Of a stretch of DNA of 64,000 nucleotides, positions 8,776 through 15,899 are shown piece after piece; positions within the stretch are counted from its first letter, which is position 1; the number at the start of each line of letters is the position of its first letter. Made by a program: the position numbers and the translations under genes. This DNA is from Planctomycetota bacterium (GTDB lineage Bacteria > Planctomycetota > Phycisphaerae > WQYP01): contig JAKBMM010000009.1 in assembly GCA_021831565.1 (NCBI GenBank), positions 3,605-67,604 on the forward strand. The letters are read 5' to 3'. Under the pieces are notes generated by a model. It did not search any database, had not been told where the DNA came from, and saw nothing but the letters and a program-made list of their open reading frames with translations.

Positions 8776-9342
8776 CTAATCATTCGCACGACCGAGGTAC
8801 TCGCCGGTACGGGTATCCACCCGGACCACCGTGCCCTTACCGATAAAATCGGGTACGTTGATTACCAGACCGGTTTCCAGCTTGGCGTCTTTGCCCACGT
8901 TGCTTACCGTGGCGCCCTTGATGCTCGGCGGGCAGTCCAGCACCTCCAACTCCACGGTATTGGGTAATTCCACGGAAAACGGTTTGCCCTGGTACATGGT
9001 GATTTGCACCTGCGTGTTCGGCTTGAGATATTGGACCGCTTCACCGACGACATCGCCGGAAAGTTCCATCTGCTCGTAATCGTTCAGGTCCATGAAATAA
9101 TGCGTGTTGGCGTCGGAATACAGGTATTCCATGGACTTTTGTTCCAGAAACGCCTGTTCCAGGGTATCGTCCACCCGGAATCGTTGTTCGATGATGCTGC
9201 CCGTTTGCGTATCCTTAAGTTTGACCTGCATAAACGACCGCCAGTTCCCCTTGGATACTTTGGCGAAGTCATGCACCACGTACAGCTTGTTATTGTATTC
9301 GACGGCGACGCCGCGCCGTAAATCGATCGCCTTGATTGCCAT
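8776..9342 (-). CDS. efp: Elongation factor P family protein
   Basis: MAIKAIDLRRG..., three-domain length of about 188 aa, C-terminal ELPNTVELEV...PSIKGAT...LETGLVINVPDFI typical of EF-P/EfpL. Start taken at the MAIKA Met (9342). Confidence 0.85.
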   Translation of the reverse strand: MAIKAIDLRRGVAVEYNNKLYVVHDFAKVSKGNWRSFMQVKLKDTQTGSIIEQRFRVDDTLEQAFLEQKSMEYLYSDANTHYFMDLNDYEQMELSGDVVGEAVQYLKPNTQVQITMYQGKPFSVELPNTVELEVLDCPPSIKGATVSNVGKDAKLETGLVINVPDFIGKGTVVRVDTRTGEYLGRAND

Positions 9343-9464
9343 GAAAATTTCCTTGTGTTCATCCAAGCCACCGCTCGCGCGGCTTTCCCAAAAACAACAT
9401 GGGATGCGACAATTTTCGCGGGAGGCTTGCCACCACCCGCCGGAAAATTATCATACCCTCCCAT

Positions 9465-9537
9465 TGCCCTCATGGGGATTCGAACCCCAGTTACAGGCGT
9501 GAAAAGCCCGTGTCCTAGGCCTCTAGACGATGAGGGC
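9465..9537 (-). tRNA. tRNA-Glu (anticodon UUC)
   Basis: Reverse complement folds as a 73-nt cloverleaf. Acceptor GCCCTCA/TGAGGGC. D-arm GTCT-AGAGGCCTA-GGAC. Anticodon stem CGGGC/GCCTG with loop TTTTCAC. T-arm TGGGG-TTCGAAT-CCCCA. Discriminator A. CCA is not encoded. Confidence 0.92.
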
Positions 9538-9645
9538 TACGAAACGCCGCAGTATAACGCCGTCCGGATCAAACACAAAACAGCCGGCGCTCTTGACACG
9601 CTTCCCGGCGACTCCTAGTATTTCATGCCTGACAATTGAATACGG

Positions 9646-9812
9646 CTCTTATCAAGAGTGCCTGAGGGACGGGCCCGTCGACGGCACAGCAACCCATCTT
9701 CCCGGTATTCCGGCGCGCCGGGACCGGGAGAAGCGGGTGCTAATTCCCTCCCGCTCGCCATGCGATTCGGCAAACATGCCGCCACCGTGGCGATCCTGGG
9801 GATAGATAGGTG
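9646..9812 (+). promoter_or_regulatory. SAM-I (S-box) riboswitch aptamer
   Basis: CTCTTATCAAGAG-TGCCT-GAGGGACGGGCCCG-TCGA-CGGCACAGCAACC ... GGTGCTAATTCC matches the conserved S-box core. An extended P4-like hairpin spans 9747-9802. P1 closure is CTTATC (9648-9653) with GATAGG (9805-9810). Confidence 0.85.
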
Positions 9813-9857
9813 GAACGGCATAATGGGTTGATCTTCCGGCGATGGAAGAAAACCGGC

Positions 9858-9927
9858 GGCCTCTTATCGGGAATCAGCGCGGGCTTGGGCGCAGGATGAT
9901 GGTTCCCGGTAAGAGGCCGTTTTTTTG
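9858..9927 (+). terminator. Intrinsic terminator, expression platform of the SAM-I riboswitch
   Basis: 14-bp stem GGCCTCTTATCGGG (9858-9871) / CCCGGTAAGAGGCC (9905-9918) followed by T7 (9920-9926). The 5' arm repeats the P1 sequence CTCTTATC. Lies 45 nt upstream of the ATG at 9972. Confidence 0.75.
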
Positions 9928-9971
9928 CCCGCCATCGGTGGTGCGGCAACTTGTTGTTTCCGGAGGATGTG

Positions 9972-11249
9972 ATGTCCTACGTTCTTGGCCTGAAATGTCG
10001 CGAGTGCGGCCAGACCTACCCGCAAAAAGGCGTTCACGTATGCGAACTGTGCTTCGGACCGCTCGAAGTGCACTATGATTACGTCGCCATGCGGGGAAAA
10101 GTTACCCGCGAATCAATTCAAGCCGGCCCGCACAACCTCTGGCGCTATCGCGATCTACTGCCCATCGACGGGGAACCGCGTTCCGGCCACCATTCCGGCT
10201 GCACACCGCTCAAGCGCGCGCGTAATCTGGAACGGGCCTTGGGCGTCCAGGAGCTTTACCTCAAGGACGACTCCGCCAATTATCCCACCTGGAGCTACAA
10301 AGAACGGGTGGTGTCGGTCGCCGTCACCAAGGCTGTGGAACTTGGCTATGACACGGTCGGCTGCGCCAGCACCGGCAATCTGGCCAACAGCGTCGCCGCG
10401 CACGCCGCCATCGCCGGGCTTAAGGCCTTCGTGATGATTCCGCACGATCTGGAGCAGGGTAAAGTTCTAGGCTCGCTTATTTTCGGTCCGACCATGGTCC
10501 GAATCCGGGGCAATTACGACGATGTCAATCGCCTGTGTTCGGAGATTGCCGACAAGTACAAATGGGCCATTGTCAACGTGAATCTTCGCCCCTTTTATAC
10601 CGAGGGGGCCAAAACCTACGGCTTTGAAATCGCCGAGCAATTGGGCTGGCGCCTGCCCCGGCACACCGTATGCCCGACCGCGGGCGGCACCATTTTGCCT
10701 AAAATATACAAGGCGTATCGCGAATTCATTGACCTTGGTTTCGTGGCCGACAATCAACCGAAGATTTATTCCGCCCAGGCCGCCGGCTGCAATCCAGTGG
10801 TCGAAGCCATTTGTGCCGGGCGCGATTTGATCAAACCGCAAAAGCCGCGCACCATCGCCAAAAGCATCGCCATCGGCAACCCCGCCGACGGTTACTATGT
10901 GGTGCAAGCGGTCCGGCACAGCGGAGGCTGGGGCGCCGACGCCACGGATGCGGAAATTATCGAAGCGATTAAACTGCTTGCCCGCATGGAAGGAATATGG
11001 ACCGAACCGGCCGGCGGCGCCACCCTGGCCGCCGCCATCAAACTCATTGCCAGCGGCCGTATTCCGCGTGATGAAAGTATTTGCGTGTGCATCACGGGCA
11101 ATGGACTTAAAACCGTTGAAGTGGTGGTCGATCAGCTCGAACCACCGGATTCCATTGAGCCGCGGCTGGAGGCGTTTGACCGGTTCATCGCCCGCCACGC
11201 CGCCGGAGAGGCGCCGCCGCTTCCTGTGGCGGTGTCCACCGGGACGTGA
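9972..11249 (+). CDS. Threonine-synthase-family PLP enzyme with N-terminal Zn-ribbon (possibly a homocysteine-forming enzyme, see findings)
   Basis: N-terminal CRECG...CELC Zn-ribbon. Tryptophan-synthase-beta-like fold motifs (YKERVVSVAV, GCASTGNLANSVAAHAA). GGAGG 5 nt upstream of ATG 9972. Confidence 0.8.
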   Translation: MSYVLGLKCRECGQTYPQKGVHVCELCFGPLEVHYDYVAMRGKVTRESIQAGPHNLWRYRDLLPIDGEPRSGHHSGCTPLKRARNLERALGVQELYLKDDSANYPTWSYKERVVSVAVTKAVELGYDTVGCASTGNLANSVAAHAAIAGLKAFVMIPHDLEQGKVLGSLIFGPTMVRIRGNYDDVNRLCSEIADKYKWAIVNVNLRPFYTEGAKTYGFEIAEQLGWRLPRHTVCPTAGGTILPKIYKAYREFIDLGFVADNQPKIYSAQAAGCNPVVEAICAGRDLIKPQKPRTIAKSIAIGNPADGYYVVQAVRHSGGWGADATDAEIIEAIKLLARMEGIWTEPAGGATLAAAIKLIASGRIPRDESICVCITGNGLKTVEVVVDQLEPPDSIEPRLEAFDRFIARHAAGEAPPLPVAVSTGT

Positions 11250-11342
11250 AGCCGGGCGCGCCGGGACCAGCACCGCGTTGCCGCCGGCCGGAAGACCAGT
11301 TGCGACGCCGAGGGATTTGTCTTCGGAACAGGAGCCGATTTT

Positions 11343-11618
11343 ATGGCCGTAAAAATTCGTATTCCCACACCTCTGCGGCAATTGACCAAGGGGGTTGATC
11401 TGGTTGAAGTTTCAGCCGGCAACGTGGAGGGGGCGCTGCAACAGCTTTGCGCGAAATACGCCGGCATGGATAAGAGGTTGTTTAAGCAGCCTGGTGAGCT
11501 GAACCGTTTTGTGAACATTTACGTCAACGATGAGGATATTCGATTTCTGGAGAACCTGCGGACTCCGATCCAGGACGGCGACGATGTGAGCATTGTCCCC
11601 GCCATCGCGGGAGGTTGA
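11343..11618 (+). CDS. ThiS/MoaD-family sulfur-carrier protein (C-terminal Gly-Gly)
   Basis: 91 aa, ends ...SIVPAIAGG followed by the stop. Beta-grasp-size protein with the typical MoaD-like N-terminus MAVKIRIPTPLR. Confidence 0.8.
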   Translation: MAVKIRIPTPLRQLTKGVDLVEVSAGNVEGALQQLCAKYAGMDKRLFKQPGELNRFVNIYVNDEDIRFLENLRTPIQDGDDVSIVPAIAGG

Positions 11619-11620
11619 AC

Positions 11621-11875
11621 ATGGCTAAGGTGGATAAACGAATCTGGCTTACCTTCGGCAGCAAAGCGATGGTGGAAACCCCCGCACTTTGGCGTATGGC
11701 GCGGCAATATCCGGACGTGCTCTTCGATATCCGCCAAGCCAGCGTAACGGCTGAAATCGGCATCATGGCGGTGCATTTTTCGGGTGAACAGAACCAGGTG
11801 CAAGCCGCCCTGAAATTTCTCCAACAGCAGGGCGTGACGGTTGAACCGATTGAAAAGAATCTGATGGAGAGTTGA
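11621..11875 (+). CDS. Small NIL/ACT-like ferredoxin-fold protein
   Basis: 84 aa. ATG at 11621 is preceded by GGGAGG and sits 3 nt after the carrier stop codon. The sequence (VLFDIRQASVT...GIMAVHFSGEQNQVQAALKFLQQQGVTVEPI) resembles NIL domains of MetN-type proteins. Assignment from memory only. Confidence 0.45.
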   Translation: MAKVDKRIWLTFGSKAMVETPALWRMARQYPDVLFDIRQASVTAEIGIMAVHFSGEQNQVQAALKFLQQQGVTVEPIEKNLMES

Positions 11876-11888
11876 CTTACCGCACAGG

Positions 11889-13001
11889 ATGCAACAGGAA
11901 TCATCCATGGCTCTTTCTGAATCAGCCGAACAACTTGAAAAATCCGATCCCACGCTGGCGCGTTACAACCGGCAAATGCTTTGGGGGCCCATTGGCGTGG
12001 AAGGTCAGCGGAAACTCAAGCAATCGCGGGTGCTCCTGGTCGGATGCGGGGCGCTCGGAACCGTTCTGGCCAACACCCTCGGGCGGGCGGGCGTCGGCCA
12101 TTTGACCATCATCGACCGCGACTTTATCGAGATCAACAATCTGCAGCGCCAGGTTCTTTTTGACCAGCAGGACATCGCCGATCAATTGCCCAAGGCTCTG
12201 GCCGCCCAGCGCCAATTGGCGCGGATCAATTCCGATATCCAGGTGGAAGCCGTGGTGACCGATGTCAATCACAACAACATCCTCCAGCACGCCCGGGGGC
12301 AGGACCTGCTGCTGGACGGAACCGACAATTTTGAAACGCGTTTTCTGATCAACGACGTGTCGATCCATCTCAACATTCCCTGGATTTACGGCGCCTGCAT
12401 CAGCGCCATGGGCCTGGCGATGGTGATTCGACCGGGCGTTACGCCCTGCCTGCGCTGCATCTTTGAAACTTCTCCTCCCCCGGGTATGAACCCCACCTGC
12501 GATACCGCCGGCGTACTCGGTCCGACGGTGAACATGGTGGCGAGTTGGCAGGCGATGGAGGCAATCAAGCTGCTCACCGGCAATGTCCACGCCCTGAATC
12601 GCGGCCTTTTGAGCTTTGATCTCTGGGACAACCGCTACCAGCAGTTGAACGTGGCGCGGGCGCGGGACATCGCGGATTGTCCGGCCTGCAAGCACCATAA
12701 CTTGGAATACCTCTCCGGAAAATTCAGCTCCAGCACCACGACACTTTGCGGCCGCAACGCCGTGCAAATATCGCAGCCCGGCGGGCATCGTGTTGATTTC
12801 GAGCATATTGCCGCCGGTCTGCGCGCCGTGGGCAACCCCACCTTTAACAAGTTCATGCTTAAGTGCCCCATCACGGAAGGCCGGGGCGAAAGACGCCGGG
12901 AATACGAACTGACGCTATTTGCCGACGGCCGGGCTATTATTAAAGGCGTCAACGATGCCGCCGTGGCGCGGGCCGTTTACGCCAAGTACGTCGGAAGTTA
13001 A
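11889..13001 (+). CDS. ThiF/MoeB/HesA-family E1-like adenylyltransferase
   Basis: RYNRQML, Rossmann VLLVGCGALGTVLANTLGRAGVGHLTIIDRDFIEINNLQRQ, and two CxxC pairs (CLRC, CPAC). Also has a ~100-aa C-terminal extension. Confidence 0.85.
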   Translation: MQQESSMALSESAEQLEKSDPTLARYNRQMLWGPIGVEGQRKLKQSRVLLVGCGALGTVLANTLGRAGVGHLTIIDRDFIEINNLQRQVLFDQQDIADQLPKALAAQRQLARINSDIQVEAVVTDVNHNNILQHARGQDLLLDGTDNFETRFLINDVSIHLNIPWIYGACISAMGLAMVIRPGVTPCLRCIFETSPPPGMNPTCDTAGVLGPTVNMVASWQAMEAIKLLTGNVHALNRGLLSFDLWDNRYQQLNVARARDIADCPACKHHNLEYLSGKFSSSTTTLCGRNAVQISQPGGHRVDFEHIAAGLRAVGNPTFNKFMLKCPITEGRGERRREYELTLFADGRAIIKGVNDAAVARAVYAKYVGS

Positions 13002-13016
13002 AAAAAGGAGTTGTTG

Positions 13017-13502
13017 ATGCTTGCACCACTCATCGCCACCATTGAGCACGCGCGTAACCAAACGCTCAAACTAGTCGCCGATCTTTCGGACGATCAGATC
13101 GTGCGCCAACCGGCGCCCAAAACCAACCACCCCGCGTGGGTGCTCGGCCACCTGCTGTTGGTTGATGGCAACTTTCTGGCGCTGCTCGGCGGCCGGCCTC
13201 CGCAGTTGGAGCCGAACTGGAAAGAGATTTACGGCGCCGAAAGCACGCCCGTGGCCGACAAGGCGAAATATAAATCGAAACAGTTTTATCTCGACCGGAT
13301 GGCCGGTGTGCATGGGCAGATCCTCGCCCGGCTCCAATCCCTGCCGCCGGCGGATCTGGCCAAGCCGCATCCCGACCCGGCCCGGCGCGAACGGTTTCCC
13401 ACCGTCGGCCATGCGGTGCTGTTGTATGGAACCTGGCACGAGGCGTATCACGCCGGCCAGCTTTCCGCCTGGCGGCGCGTGCAGGGTCTGCCGGCGGTTT
13501 AA
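13017..13502 (+). CDS. DinB-superfamily protein
   Basis: Four-helix DinB pattern with His triad candidates (HPAWVLGHLL ... WHEAYHAGQL). AAGGAG 6 nt upstream of ATG 13017. Confidence 0.65.
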   Translation: MLAPLIATIEHARNQTLKLVADLSDDQIVRQPAPKTNHPAWVLGHLLLVDGNFLALLGGRPPQLEPNWKEIYGAESTPVADKAKYKSKQFYLDRMAGVHGQILARLQSLPPADLAKPHPDPARRERFPTVGHAVLLYGTWHEAYHAGQLSAWRRVQGLPAV

Positions 13503-13562
13503 CGGCCCGCCAGTGGTAGTGCCGAGGCCCGGTGATCCCTTGGCTCTTTTGGAGGATGGTTC

Positions 13563-13661
13563 ATGAACACACTGGTCGCCGCCGTCACGCACCGTGCGTA
13601 TCACTCCGGTCAGTTGGCGACCTGGCGGAAAGCCGCGGGGCTTCCGCACGCGGGAATGTAA
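13563..13661 (+). pseudogene. Remnant of a second DinB-family gene (C-terminal 32 codons only)
   Basis: Short ORF MNTLVAAVTHRAYHSGQLATWRKAAGLPHAGM parallels the C-terminus of the adjacent DinB gene (WHEAYHAGQLSAWRRVQGLPAV). Confidence 0.4.
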
Positions 13662-13791
13662 GCGGTTGCGGGAAAACCGGCGTCCCTTTCGTCCGGCACG
13701 TATTTATTTTAGCCGCGGGCGTTTCGCGCGGCGCAATGCTGATTTTGGCCGCGGAGTTTACTCCGCGCGCGTTGTCCGCGCGAGGTTTTTC

Positions 13792-14970
13792 ATGAGTTCC
13801 AGCCCATCAATCGTTTATCTTGATAACGCCGCCACAAGCTGGCCCAAACCCGCCGTGGTGGCCCAGGCGATGAGCCGATTTCTGGCCGCCGACGCCGCCA
13901 ATCCCGGCCGCGCCGGCCACCGCATGGCCGTCGCCGCCGAGCGCATGCTCGATCGTGTCCGCAAACAGCTTACTGAATTTATTGGTGGAACCGATCCGCA
14001 TCGGCTTATTTTCACCATGAACTGCACCGACGCCCTGAACATCGCTTTCAAGGGGCTGCTTCGCGCCGGGGATCATGTCATTACCACCAGGCTCGAGCAC
14101 AACAGCGTGAGCCGGCCGCTCCAGGCCATGGCGGACGCCGGGTTCATCACGCTTACCCGCGTCGGTTTTTCCGCCGCCGCGGGCGTCATTGATCCGGATG
14201 ATATTCGCCGGGCCATTACGCCCCAAACCCGGCTCATCGCTTTAACGCACGCCAGCAATGTGTTGGGAACCATTCAGCCGGCGGCGGCGACGGGCCGAAT
14301 TGCCCGCGAGCATGGCGTGAAATTTCTGCTTGACGCCGCCCAAACCATTGGTATTGCGCCGATTCACGTGCTCAACGACGCGATCGACCTGGTCGCTTTT
14401 CCCGGTCACAAGTCGCTGCTGGGACCGACCGGCACGGGCGGCTTGTACCTGCATACGACGGTGGAACTTAAGGAACTGACCGCTTTCCGCGAGGGCGGAA
14501 CCGGCGGTGATTCTTCCAGCCCCCTCCAGCCGCGGCAGTTGCCTTATTTTCTTGAAGGCGGCACGCCCAACACCGTCGGCGTGGCGGGATTGGGCGCGGC
14601 GGTGGAATTCGTTCAACAGCATGTTCCGGCGACCACGCTCCAACACGAACGCCACCTGGTTCAACAGTTTGTCGATGGCGTGCGGAAATTATCGCGCCTG
14701 ACCGTTTACGGTCCGCTTGGCGAGAAGGCCGCGGAAAACCGTGTGGGAACCGTCAGCTTTAATGTGGAAGGATACAGTCCCCAGGAACTCGGCGGAATTC
14801 TGGACGATTCCTTCGCCATCGCCATTCGCCCCGGACTGCATTGTTCACCTTATGCGCATCGGGTTATCGGCACATTTCCGGATGGCGCCGTCCGCATGAG
14901 TCCCGGCCCTTTCAACACCGCCGAGGATGTAAACAAGCTGGTTGCCGCCTTGTGCGAAATCGCCGCGTAA
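13792..14970 (+). CDS. Class V aminotransferase, cysteine desulfurase/selenocysteine-lyase-like
   Basis: IVYLDNAATSWPKP start, HASNVLG, and a putative PLP-lysine region FPGHKSLLGPTGTGGL. The track ORF start at 13594 is an Arg-rich upstream extension; I use ATG 13792. Confidence 0.8.
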   Translation: MSSSPSIVYLDNAATSWPKPAVVAQAMSRFLAADAANPGRAGHRMAVAAERMLDRVRKQLTEFIGGTDPHRLIFTMNCTDALNIAFKGLLRAGDHVITTRLEHNSVSRPLQAMADAGFITLTRVGFSAAAGVIDPDDIRRAITPQTRLIALTHASNVLGTIQPAAATGRIAREHGVKFLLDAAQTIGIAPIHVLNDAIDLVAFPGHKSLLGPTGTGGLYLHTTVELKELTAFREGGTGGDSSSPLQPRQLPYFLEGGTPNTVGVAGLGAAVEFVQQHVPATTLQHERHLVQQFVDGVRKLSRLTVYGPLGEKAAENRVGTVSFNVEGYSPQELGGILDDSFAIAIRPGLHCSPYAHRVIGTFPDGAVRMSPGPFNTAEDVNKLVAALCEIAA

Positions 14971-15056
14971 ACACCGCCGAGATCGCCGCACGCGCCGGCG
15001 GGATTTTAGCCGCGGCGCCGGCGCCGCGCGTAAATTCCGCGACTCAAACGATTGTG

Positions 15057-15350
15057 GTAACCGTTCACGCACCGGATGTTTTTGGCGCACGTCCCGGCGG
15101 GCATGGGTTTTCCCGGTGTGCCGGGACCGCCAATCACCGCGCCGCCCCAGTTATGCAGACGCGTGGTGGAAACCCGCGGCCGTTTTGCGATATTGGTGAC
15201 ACGGTCAGCAGGCTGACCCGTTAAACACCGTTTTCCTTGCGGTTACGGACGGCCGTGGATTTCCATCCACGGCTGCGGGGGAGGCGACCATAGGGCAGCC
15301 GCGAGGATCGCAATCCCGCGGCTGTTTTGTGCGCCGCCGTGAACGGTTAC
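15057..15350 (+). mobile_element. MITE-like repeat copy A (long form, 294 bp) with TIRs and a perfect 8-bp TSD
   Basis: Ends are GTAACCGTTCACG ... CGTGAACGGTTAC. It is flanked on both sides by CGATTGTG (15049-15056 and 15351-15358). The interior is rich in hairpins (CCGTGGATTTCCATCCACGG, CAGCCGCG...CGCGGCTG). No ORF is credible. Confidence 0.85.
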
Positions 15351-15428
15351 CGATTGTGCGCTGCGCCGCCACGCGAGAAGAACCGCCGGCGGCGGGATGG
15401 ACCCCTGCTAAAAAATTAGCGATGCCGC

Positions 15429-15464
15429 TTGACTGGCCGCCCCATTGTGCTAAAATTATAGCAC
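15429..15464 (+). promoter_or_regulatory. Candidate blaI-like promoter with overlapping palindromic operator
   Basis: TTGACT (15429-15434), 16 nt, TAAAAT (15451-15456). A perfect inverted repeat GTGCTA-N6-TAGCAC (15447-15464) overlaps the -10 element. Confidence 0.5.
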
Positions 15465-15494
15465 GATGGCTTCCAGAAGCCTTGTGCGGAGATC

Positions 15495-15899
15495 GTGATG
15501 CGTGAAAGAAAGTCGGTAAATCTCAGCCGCCGGGAGCGGCAGATCATGGATGTGATTTACGCCCGGCGGAAAGCGAGCGTGGCGCAGGTGCTGGCGCGCC
15601 TGGAGGATCCCCCCAGTTACTCGGCCGTGCGGGCCTTGCTGCGGATTCTGGAAAACAAAGGCCATCTCCAACACCGCCAGGTCGGCGGAAAATACGTCTA
15701 TTGGGCCACCCACCCCCGCCGGCACGCGGCCCGCTGGGCGCTGCGGCGCATCCTGGAAACGTTTTTCGACAACTCCGCCTCCCAGGCCGTGGCCGCGCTG
15801 CTTTCCAATTCCGATATGAACCTGTCTGATCAGGAACTGACGCAACTCTCCGAGTTGCTGCAACAGGCCAGGAACAGAAACCGGAGGAAAAACTCATGA
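15495..15899 (+). CDS. BlaI/MecI/CopY-family transcriptional repressor
   Basis: Winged-helix N-terminus LSRRERQIMDVIYARRKASVAQVLARLEDPPSYSAVRALLRILENKGHL. 134 aa. The stop overlaps the next start (ATGA). Confidence 0.85.
   Translation: MMRERKSVNLSRRERQIMDVIYARRKASVAQVLARLEDPPSYSAVRALLRILENKGHLQHRQVGGKYVYWATHPRRHAARWALRRILETFFDNSASQAVAALLSNSDMNLSDQELTQLSELLQQARNRNRRKNS

Noticed and set aside
14841-15224. ORFs crossing the MITE copies (14841-15224, 14942-15199, 23260-23457, 52826-53050, 52780-53259, 53873-54244, 54115-54468) that share peptide strings such as CAGTANHRAAP
   Set aside because: The shared peptides come from the repeated DNA element. The sequences have no start context and junk composition, and different frames are open in different copies.
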